Source: an uncultured Collinsella sp.
GTDB lineage: Bacteria > Actinomycetota > Coriobacteriia > Coriobacteriales > Coriobacteriaceae
NCBI GenBank assembly: GCA_900541145.1
Contig: UQIH01000012.1
Span: 6,714-70,713, forward strand
Reading direction: 5' to 3'
DNA: 64,000 bases
Shown: in pieces, positions 32,166 through 39,949 of the stretch
How the letters are laid out: each line of letters opens with the position of its first letter
Position numbering within the stretch: the first letter of the stretch is position 1
Made by a program: the position numbers and the translations under genes
The notes under the pieces: generated by a model
Databases searched by the model: none
The model's input: the letters and a program-made list of their open reading frames with translations, nothing else
What the model was told of the DNA's origin: nothing

Positions 32166-32700
32166 TGACCGCCAAAGGCCAGAATGGTCCCTCCATCCCC
32201 GGACGACTGGCTCTGACGCGCCAAGGAGTGTCCCCAAGTACCGGCAGGAAAGGAACGTCCCTAACTGCCGGCTAGAGGGCGCCGAGCAGGATGGCGTAGG
32301 TGGTGGATTCGCCGAGTTTGAGCTCGTCGCCGGGGTTGAGCTGGGCGGAGCGGCCGGGCTCTACTTGAATACACACACTCGTGGCCCCGTTTACCACCAC
32401 GGTGCCGTTAGTGGACGACAGGTCCTCGACAAACCATGCGCCAGACTCGTCGCACCAGATATGGGCATGGCGGGCCGAGACGTCGTCGGTGATGCCGCCC
32501 TCCCCCGTTGCCAGCGCGCCGATCTCAACGCCTTCCTCACTCGGCTGAATCCAGCGCGGGACGCTCACCACGTAGCCGTTTTGCACGCACAGCAGTCCCA
32601 GCGGATGCGCCGGCGCGACCTCGTGCTCGCCCGCGACCGAAGATGTGCTCAGCGAGCGCGGCGTCGACGTGTCGCCGCCACGGGTCGCATGAGCGCGGCG
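32166..32700. repeat. left copy of a ~535-bp diverged direct repeat (3' end of the FHA gene plus ~105 nt downstream)
   Basis: Aligns with 38902-39445 at a constant offset of 6736 nt up to a 9-nt indel. Identity is roughly 80-90% by eye. Confidence 0.8.
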
Positions 32701-32745
32701 GCTCGCCCGACTTGGAACTAAGGCGGGCGTGAGAGCAAACGGCAT
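32272..32745 (-). pseudogene. truncated FHA-domain gene fragment (C-terminal ~140 codons only)
   Basis: ...AHATRGGDTSTPRSL...HIWCDESGAWFVEDLSSTNGTVVVNGATSVCIQVEPGRSAQLNPGDELKLGESTTYAILLGAL parallels the C-terminus of 39008..39946. It has no N-terminal domain and no RBS. Confidence 0.7.
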
Positions 32746-33261
32746 AGGGAACGAATCTTGCGGATGTACTCCTCGACGTCAGGCAGGTAAGCCCCACGAA
32801 GTCACCGGGGAGGCCCAAGCGGCCCGGCACCACTTCCAGATTCTGACCAGGGCGAGTCGTTCGCCGGTGGCTGAAGGCTCGCTCCCACCCAAAAGGGGAG
32901 ATTCGCGTTGTTCCCCAATCGCTCTCGCATCTTTCATTTTGCTCGAGGTGGGCTATGAAAACTTTCCTGGTGAAAGGCGGCGATTGGTTTCCTTTCTTTC
33001 TAGAGGAGCGCGCCTGTAATCTGTTTTCATCCTAAATCAAGTTAAGATCGGACCTTCCAGAGGCAAGTCGACTCAAACTGCGAGGCTCCATGTTGGAATA
33101 AAGAGCGCTGTCGAAGTGCCAACAACACAAAGCTTGCCAGTCTCAAATAGAACCTTTTGGGAGTCCGATTGGGCCGCACACCGAATCCCCGCTGGTGGTT
33201 TTTTATAGCTGCGCGACAATAAACAAGGTTAGTGCCAGTCCAGCATGAAATTGAGGAACGT

Positions 33262-34620
33262 ATGCATTTTTTCTCAGTAAGTGATCGTCGTTACTGCTTC
33301 GATGAGGTCACTCGCAATTGCTTTCAGGTTGACCAAGCATCAGAAGATGCGCTTCGCATATTTGAAGCATCGGGAAGAACGGTCAACTCGAAGTTGCTAA
33401 CAAAGTCACTTGCTGCGAAAGGCTACGACCAAACGACCATAGCAGAACTTGAAGACGACATTGATGAGTATCAACGATTGTCTGAGCGGACTTTCTTAAC
33501 AAAAGACACGCCTCGAAAACTTAGATCCATCGAACTCCACGTTTCACATGCATGCAACCTTGGTTGTAGTTACTGTTTTGCCGGTAAAGGAGATTATGGA
33601 ACGTCTCCTCTGCTGATGACAGACGAGATAGCCTTCAAGGCGGTCGACTACCTCGTCGCAAGTTCATCGGAAAACGAAACGCTTGCGATCGTCTTTTTTG
33701 GTGGGGAACCCATGATTAACGAGCCGCTGATATGAAAAACGGTCGACTATTCAAAAAGAATATACCCCAATAGAAACTTTACCTATTCTATTACGACCAA
33801 CGGAACGCTTTTGAATGACACTGCTGTGAATTCTTTCAAGGAGCACGGGTTTTCTGTTCTGATTAGTCTCGATGGTACAGGATGCAAGCACGATGCATCG
33901 CGCCCGTACAAGACGGGAGGCGGCTCTTTCTCCGATATCGACAAAAACGTTCGTCGTTTTTCCGAGTCGTTCCCCTTCGGCGCAAGAGCGACCTTAACAA
34001 ATATTAACTGTAACCTTGTTGAAGACTATCTTCAGTTTAAAGAGATGGGCTTCAGAAGGATTTACTTCTCGCCCGTGAGCTCATTCGATGAGAATATCAA
34101 ACTCGACGAACACTCATTAAACAAAATCAGGGCGGGCCTAATAGATTTGGCGGATCAATATCTCAAACAGATTGATCAAGGGGAAAAGCCCTTGTTTAGA
34201 ACATTGAAAACTGCAGTTGATTTGATTATGAGCAACAGGATCGCCTTTGTCGGATGCGGGGCTGGCAGGCGTTTTATTTCCGTGACTCCCGAAGGGGACG
34301 TATACCCCTGTCACAGGTTTGTCGGGATGATGCGATTCAAAATGGGCAACATCGTCACCGGAATTGACGAAACTAGGTATATTGAAAACTGGAGTCAGGG
34401 TGTCGAAAAAAGAATTGACTGTACGGACTGTTGGGCTCGGTCTTTCTGTGGTGGGGGCTGTAGCTGGGAGGCTGCAGACGAGCACGGCTACTTGCCCAAG
34501 AGTCTACACCCTGCATCATGTGAATATAGAAAAATGTGCTACGAGATGGCTTTTGACCTTATTTCCCGCCACTCATCTTCGCAGGAGAAAAATCAACGAG
34601 AAGCTACTGTATCGGAATAA
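33262..34620 (+). pseudogene. radical SAM/SPASM peptide maturase with N-terminal RRE-like region, interrupted by one in-frame TGA (33733-33735)
   Basis: Contains CNLGCSYCF (CxxxCxxC), FFGGEPMINEPLI-TGA-KTVDYSKRIYPNRNFTYSITTNGTLL in the same frame, and the SPASM motifs CGAGRRFISVTPEGDVYPC and CTDCWARSFCGGGC. The track splits it into 33232..33735 and 33811..34620. GAGGAA lies upstream of ATG 33262. Confidence 0.85.
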
Positions 34621-34789
34621 GCGGTTCAGCGCATTGCTGTCACCATTGTGGAGGTGTTCGTTCTTCTGATTACCGTCTGCGAAGCTTATTGCTACATTCG
34701 CCGAAACCATTCTAGAAATATGGTGAACTAGACATCTTGGTTTGTTATACACAATATTGAGGTTTTTCTGCACTCAAAGGGAGGTAGTC

Positions 34790-34993
34790 GTGAAGCATAT
34801 TCATCCGATTAATCCAGGAAGTGGCGACGAGGCAGGCGTGAAGCCGATGTCTTTTGACTGCCTCTTGGGCATTACTGACATCTGTACTGTTTATGATAAA
34901 GCAGATGGCTGTGGTGCATACGATTACTGCGACTATGACATGGATGGCGGCAGCATCTGCGTTGTAGATCACTGTGGCATTGATCAAACGTAG
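34790..34993 (+). CDS. Cys/Asp-rich RiPP precursor-like peptide A1 (67 aa)
   Basis: GTG at 34790 lies 6 nt after AGGGAGG. Sequence: MKHIHPINPGSGDEAGVKPMSFDCLLGITDICTVYDKADGCGAYDYCDYDMDGGSICVVDHCGIDQT. It has 6 Cys and 11 Asp and lies directly downstream of the rSAM gene. Confidence 0.7.
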   Translation: MKHIHPINPGSGDEAGVKPMSFDCLLGITDICTVYDKADGCGAYDYCDYDMDGGSICVVDHCGIDQT

Positions 34994-35023
34994 TCTCTAA
35001 TTGGATTAAGGTGAGGAGCTGTT

Positions 35024-35203
35024 ATGAAGCATATCCATCCTGTTGGTTCAAATGAACATCCTCCCGTTGAGCCTTGTTGTCTTGGAGTTGATATATGCAA
35101 TTTTTACGACATCGCCGAGTGCCCTGTTGCGGATTGGTGCTATGTCGATAAAGAATCAAGCTGTGTTTTGCCAGCAGATTGGTGCGATCCAGTTGACGAG
35201 TAG
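35024..35203 (+). CDS. Cys/Asp-rich RiPP precursor-like peptide A2 (59 aa; below the ORF-track cutoff)
   Basis: ATG at 35024 lies 6 nt after GGTGAGGAG. Sequence: MKHIHPVGSNEHPPVEPCCLGVDICNFYDIAECPVADWCYVDKESSCVLPADWCDPVDE. It shares MKHIHP and the block C-LG-x-DIC-x-x-YD with A1. Confidence 0.7.
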   Translation: MKHIHPVGSNEHPPVEPCCLGVDICNFYDIAECPVADWCYVDKESSCVLPADWCDPVDE

Positions 35204-35281
35204 TTTTGTGGCTAGGAACTATTTGGTCCAATTCAGAATAAGATGGGAACAAATACCAAAATCTCGTGTCTGGGAGGAGTT

Positions 35282-35389
35282 ATGCCATTATTGCAAGGTC
35301 TCGTTGGATTAGCCTTTATACTTGCGTTATATCTGGCACCTTTTTTAATTCTATTCTTCATTATCCGACTCTTTCTTCGGAGAAAATAG
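35282..35389 (+). CDS. 35-aa hydrophobic peptide (single TM, basic C-terminus)
   Basis: ATG at 35282 lies 2 nt after GGGAGGAG. Sequence: MPLLQGLVGLAFILALYLAPFLILFFIIRLFLRRK. It is not in the ORF track. Confidence 0.4.
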   Translation: MPLLQGLVGLAFILALYLAPFLILFFIIRLFLRRK

Positions 35390-35454
35390 GAGTGTCACGC
35401 AAACATTAGCGTAGCTTTCTTCCAATATGAGCCGAGCATTGGCAAGTGGAATAA

Positions 35455-35504
35455 GAAGCCCGACCGTTCGCCACATGAAAGTGATCGGACGGGCTTCTCT
35501 ATTT
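35455..35504 (+). terminator. possible terminator of the peptide operon
   Basis: GAAGCCCGACCG ... CGGACGGGCTTC (12-bp stem with one mismatch) followed by TCTATTT. The T-tract is weak. Confidence 0.35.
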
Positions 35505-36089
35505 AACCCGGGCCGCCACCCATAGCGGCTTTCCAAGCGTATTCTCAGTGCAAAGCAATCGTCAGTTTAATCCTATGCGCTGATACCGCATTTCATTTGT
35601 TCGGCTCGAATTCTACGGCCTGGCAACCCTCGCACTCTCCGGCAAATGGATTGAACGCGAAGGCAGAGATGATGTGTGCGTGGACATCGAGGCTGCTGTA
35701 GGCAACATACTGGGACATGGACCCCCGCTGCGCGTGGTATGCGGCCCGGCATATTCATTGCCGTCCAACCCCGTGTAGTTGCAGCAAAGGGTGGAACCTC
35801 AATGCTCAGCTCATGTTGTCCGTGGGACACGAGAATCGTAAGTACACTTTGGTGCGATTCTCACGCTGATACTGAGCCACCTGGAATAAGATACGTCGCG
35901 ACAACACTTCGCTTCACCTCTGTCTCGACAAGATGACGTAGACTAAAGTTTCCTTTAGTAAGAGAACGAGAACTATATCTGAAAGCGTTGCGATGGCGTG
36001 AAGGCACCGAGTCCGAACCGCCTGAATGCTACGTGCATCTGCATCGCCTTTTTGTTATCTCTGCCAGTTGGGTAGCACTACACTTGTCA

Positions 36090-37742
36090 TCATTTACCCT
36101 GGTACATGCTGCCTAAATCCACTACCCCTTCTACCGCGCCGACCATCTCGTCATCGTGAGAGACAACGATGATCAGCTGGCTTTGCTTGTTGCGCTTAAC
36201 ATAGGCCGCAAGCTCGGCGCGGCTTACAGCGTCTAACCCAGTCGTGGGCTCGTCGAGTACCAAAACTGACGACTTGCGTGAAATCGCCGACCATAAGTAC
36301 ACTCGGCGCAGCTCACCGCCCGAAAGCGCGGAGCAACGTTTCCCGAGCAACTCCTTCACGCTGTTTTCCAGCGAAAGTAGGCCATCTACACCCCGGTGAT
36401 AGGAAGAAAAGGGCGTGTCGAAATACTCTAACAGCTCTTTCACCGTTTCGTCCGGCGCGAAGCACGACTGTGGGCAGCACGATATCTCTCTCGCACGTAT
36501 GTAATCCAAGTCGCATTCTTCGATTGGCACGCCGTTGTATTTTACTTTGCCTTTCGATGAGTATAGCCCGAGCATCAAGTAAAGAAGTGACGTCTTGCCT
36601 CTTCCGTTTTCCCCAACTATGCAATATGTACCAGGACCGGAAAACTTGAAAGAAAACCCGCCGAGGACCTCTCGGACAGATCCGTCTGGAAGGGCAACCG
36701 AGAATTCCAAATCAGATACCGAAATGTCATTTATTTCATCGAGTTTAGCTAAATCGGTCCGATTCCACCCCGATCTCTCCTTTTCTCTCGTCGCGATAGC
36801 CGTCCTATCCCATGATGCTTTGGCATCTTGATAGGATTTGAACAATGACATCATACTTTTCAAAGTCTTAAAGAGAACCGCGAAGTATGTACCGATGATA
36901 GTGTACTCGCCTATTGACATAGTTCCGTTAATGATTCGTACTCCGGAAACAACAAGTATCACCGCTTGAAACAACGCTGCGAAAAGACCATCGAGCGATG
37001 TCAGAGAATATGATAGCTTTCCGGAGCGCAAAACTTTGGGAAAATAGCTCTTAAACCCAGCGTCGAGCGCTTGTTCGCTCTTGCCGTACGAAGATGCCAG
37101 TTGAATGTTGAGAATCTGATTAAGCTGCGATGCAATTGCGGCGTAAAAGGCGCTGTCCGCCTCTTTCTTCTCATACGTGACCCTATACAAAAGTTTCCTC
37201 AACCCAGTAATTACACAGAAATACACGATGAGGAGAATGATGGAAAACACCGCGAGAGTTGAATCAATTGACCATATGATAAGCAATACGATGGGAATAG
37301 CTACAATGGACAGCGGCGCACTGATGAAATTCGCCAAAACGAAGGATGAGACCACGCTGGAGTCGGAAATAATCCGTTGCGTTGTATAGGCTGGATCGAT
37401 GGTCCGACTCACCAAGTAATCGTCTCTTTCAAAACGCAAGACGGCCTCCCTGAGAAGATCAAAGGAAAGTCTCGTGCTTATGCGAATGGAAAGTGTTCCT
37501 GCAAAATAAGTAAAGAGGGTGGAGAAAACTCCTATTGACGCAACCAGGAGTGCGAAGAGTGCGGCGTCTCTTTCGCTGCGGTTACCGAGAAGAAAATCTA
37601 AAAATTTTCCGTTCACGTATGGCATGGCATAGGAGAGAGCGGTTCCAATCACCGTGATAGCAATGAAGACGAAAGCCCCTTTTGCTCTGATGAACCTCGA
37701 GAGAACGCATCGAATCAAGGAAGGCCCCAATCTACCCGCCAC
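36090..37742 (-). CDS. ABC exporter, fused permease/ATPase, with no N-terminal peptidase domain
   Basis: Six-TM N-terminal half, Walker A GENGRGKTSL, signature LSGGELRRVYLW and Walker B VLVLDEPTTGLD. It is low-GC and ends in TGA TGA. Confidence 0.85.
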   Translation of the reverse strand: MAGRLGPSLIRCVLSRFIRAKGAFVFIAITVIGTALSYAMPYVNGKFLDFLLGNRSERDAALFALLVASIGVFSTLFTYFAGTLSIRISTRLSFDLLREAVLRFERDDYLVSRTIDPAYTTQRIISDSSVVSSFVLANFISAPLSIVAIPIVLLIIWSIDSTLAVFSIILLIVYFCVITGLRKLLYRVTYEKKEADSAFYAAIASQLNQILNIQLASSYGKSEQALDAGFKSYFPKVLRSGKLSYSLTSLDGLFAALFQAVILVVSGVRIINGTMSIGEYTIIGTYFAVLFKTLKSMMSLFKSYQDAKASWDRTAIATREKERSGWNRTDLAKLDEINDISVSDLEFSVALPDGSVREVLGGFSFKFSGPGTYCIVGENGRGKTSLLYLMLGLYSSKGKVKYNGVPIEECDLDYIRAREISCCPQSCFAPDETVKELLEYFDTPFSSYHRGVDGLLSLENSVKELLGKRCSALSGGELRRVYLWSAISRKSSVLVLDEPTTGLDAVSRAELAAYVKRNKQSQLIIVVSHDDEMVGAVEGVVDLGSMYQGK

Positions 37743-38057
37743 AAAACATCAATCACTGATACCTTACACCTCAACACAACAGGAGCGAAGATTTGCCAAT
37801 GAGACTGCTTTAAGATTGCCTTGGGCCAATACGGTCTCAAGCTCTTCCTACAAGAGAGTCGGAATCGGACATCTCCTCCGACGAATCTGGCAATCGGGCG
37901 ATTGAAATATCTTTTTCAACCGCCCGATTGCCACAATAGATTGGAGCGTCCGCCCGCAAACGACCTCGTTTTACACCCACCAAATCCTTTGCCTTTTGTC
38001 GCCTAGGCTAGAAAAATCGCTCGAAATAACGCAACCGGCCTGCTCGCTTGAAGAAAC

Positions 38058-38773
38058 CTAAGCCCGTAACGTAGATGTGCAAACTTCCGAAACGCCTTGC
38101 GCGGCATAGTGCGTATAAACTTCGTCAACCGCCTCAGAAATATCTGAGTATCGCGCCGGGTCAAAAGCATACGATGTCGCAGCTATACCCTGCACCCATT
38201 CGGAACGCGGATTAATTGAATAGCCACACAGCATCATCATACATGCATCTAGACCTGATTTCCCAAGTATCCGACGTATTGATGAGAGCATCGCGGGTCG
38301 CCCCTGCACCATCGTCGTCACCCCTATTAGCAGTATTTACCGTTTTTCTCTAAATGCGTATCGCCACCCTTAAGAATACGAAGTGTTTTATCCAGACCCG
38401 ATTGTCCTCCATCTCAAACGAAGGGATAAGGAATCTCATCCGGAATCGGCAGTAACGGAGGATTCACAACGACAAGCGAAAAACATGAGTCATCTCTCAG
38501 AGGGGAGTAAAGGCTCCCCTCAAGCACCCTAGTTTCGTCATCCAAAGAGTTGATGGCAGTGTTTTTCTTACAAAGGTCGACAACAAAAGGGTTGATTTCT
38601 ACAGATGTTACATCCATGCCACAGTTGGTAAGTATCAGGCCCTGTATTCTGGGGCCAGAACACAAATCGAGAGCCTTCCGTGCGCTCTGCGGTGTAAGGC
38701 GCCAATCTCAGCAAATCTGTCCCACAATACTGCGCTGAAGAACAAGACGGAACCCCTGAGCCAAACTCCCCTA
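38058..38773 (-). pseudogene. decayed class I SAM-dependent methyltransferase (HemK/MTS-like)
   Basis: Contains LDLCSGPRIQG (motif I) and VVVNPPLLP (NPPY-like), then PFV-TGA-DGGQSGLDKTLRIL in frame, a second in-frame TGA at 38708-38710, and a 1-nt frameshift near 38330 (EKNGKY / LLIGVTT). The track shows fragments 38414..38665 and 38058..38321. Confidence 0.7.
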
Positions 38774-38901
38774 TACCTTATTAAGGCTAAGACAGGCAAG
38801 TTCACGCACCCGGCATATTCCAGAATAACATCCTATTGTTTTAGATGCTCTACAAGCATGAACAGCCGCGAATCGGAAAGATCTTCTAGTTTCGCCCCGA
38901 C

Positions 38902-39445
38902 TGACCGCCAAGGGCCAAAATGGCCCCTCCATCCCCGGGCGACTGGCTCTGGCGCGCCGAGGAGTGTCCCCAAGTGCCGGCAGAAAAGGAACGTCCCTAA
39001 CTGCCGGCTAGAGGGCACCGAAGAGAATGGCGTAGGTAGTGGATTCGCCGAGCTTGAGCTCGTCGCCGGGATTGAGTTGGGCGGAACGGCCGGGCTCGAC
39101 CTGAATGCAGACGCGCGTGGCCCCGTTTACCACCACGGTTCCGTTGGTGGACGACAAGTCCTCGACGTGCCAGATATTTTGAGCATCGCACCAGATATGG
39201 GCATGGCGGGCCGAGACATCGTCGCCGACGTCGGTAATATCGCCCTCACCAGTGGCCAGCGCGCCAATCTCAACACCCTGCTCACTCGGCTGAATCCAGC
39301 GCGGGGCGCTCACGACAAAACTGTTATGCACGCGCAGCAAGCCCAAGGGGTGCGCCGGGGCGGGTTCGCGTTCGCCCGCAGTCAGCGACATGCCAAGCGA
39401 ACGCGGCGTGGATGCGCCTCCGCCACAGGTCGCGTGTGCGTAGTC
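38902..39445. repeat. right copy of the diverged direct repeat
   Basis: See 32166..32700. This copy forms the 3' end of the intact FHA-domain gene plus its downstream region. Confidence 0.8.
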
Positions 39446-39946
39446 GATGGCATAGTTCACCGAGGACCGCACATCCGCCGAACAACCGACGGCGACAAAC
39501 AGCACCAGCACGGCCTCGGCGCGCTCGGCGGGCATGAGTTCCGCCGCCTGGGACAGGCGATCGAGCGCGTTGCGATAGAGATTCGTGTCCTGGTGGCACT
39601 CTTCGAGCGCGCGTACCATCGGTTCACCTGCAGGACCGCACACCATATTGATCACAGCCGTGGAGTCCATGGGATTGCGCTGGCGCAGGGCCAGTTGCAA
39701 CATAATACGCGCAGCCGAGGTACCGTATTCGGCAAAGTAGCGCTGCTGAAGCGTGCCGACCGGCGCGCGAACGATAAAGCGGGAAACCCAAGAGCGATCG
39801 GCGGCTCGGCTCTGCGGGCTGCGGCCGTCGGCGAGCGGACGGGACGAAAGCACCAAACCGCACAGCTCGATATGGCTCAGATGCGCTGCGCGCTTAAAGA
39901 TGTCAAACATGGCCCCGCATGGGGTGAGCTCAACTTGAGATGCCAT
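39008..39946 (-). CDS. FHA domain-containing protein with an uncharacterised N-terminal domain
   Basis: C-terminal FHA motif (ARHAHIWCD...WHVEDLSSTNGTVVNG...L.PGDELKLG). It lies 3 nt downstream of the kinase gene stop. Confidence 0.85.
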   Translation of the reverse strand: MASQVELTPCGAMFDIFKRAAHLSHIELCGLVLSSRPLADGRSPQSRAADRSWVSRFIVRAPVGTLQQRYFAEYGTSAARIMLQLALRQRNPMDSTAVINMVCGPAGEPMVRALEECHQDTNLYRNALDRLSQAAELMPAERAEAVLVLFVAVGCSADVRSSVNYAIDYAHATCGGGASTPRSLGMSLTAGEREPAPAHPLGLLRVHNSFVVSAPRWIQPSEQGVEIGALATGEGDITDVGDDVSARHAHIWCDAQNIWHVEDLSSTNGTVVVNGATRVCIQVEPGRSAQLNPGDELKLGESTTYAILFGAL

Positions 39947-39949
39947 GAC

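Larger units (their letters stand above)
32701..38901. mobile_element. horizontally acquired low-GC island (RiPP cassette); no recombinase gene seen
   Basis: GC drops from about 65-70% to about 38-45% (hand counts of 60-nt lines) between about 33020 and 38890. The island is bracketed by the diverged direct repeats. Its gene content is unrelated to the flanking genes. Confidence 0.6.

Noticed and set aside
32729-33019. 96-aa plus-strand ORF at the left island border
   Set aside because: It has no RBS and an Arg/Ser/Pro-rich composition, and it lies in the GC-rich remnant adjacent to the truncated FHA fragment.
33733-33780. Selenocysteine insertion at the in-frame TGA of the rSAM gene
   Set aside because: I see no convincing SECIS-like stem-loop in the ~40 nt after the TGA. 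There are no selA, selB or selC genes in the window, and the position is not a known redox Cys site. It cannot be formally excluded without folding software.
35573-35936. Track ORFs 35573..35830 (-) and 35676..35936 (+) in the island gap
   Set aside because: Their products are Arg/Cys/Pro-rich and implausible, and they have no RBS. The only notable property of this stretch is the TGA-only frame reported as a finding.
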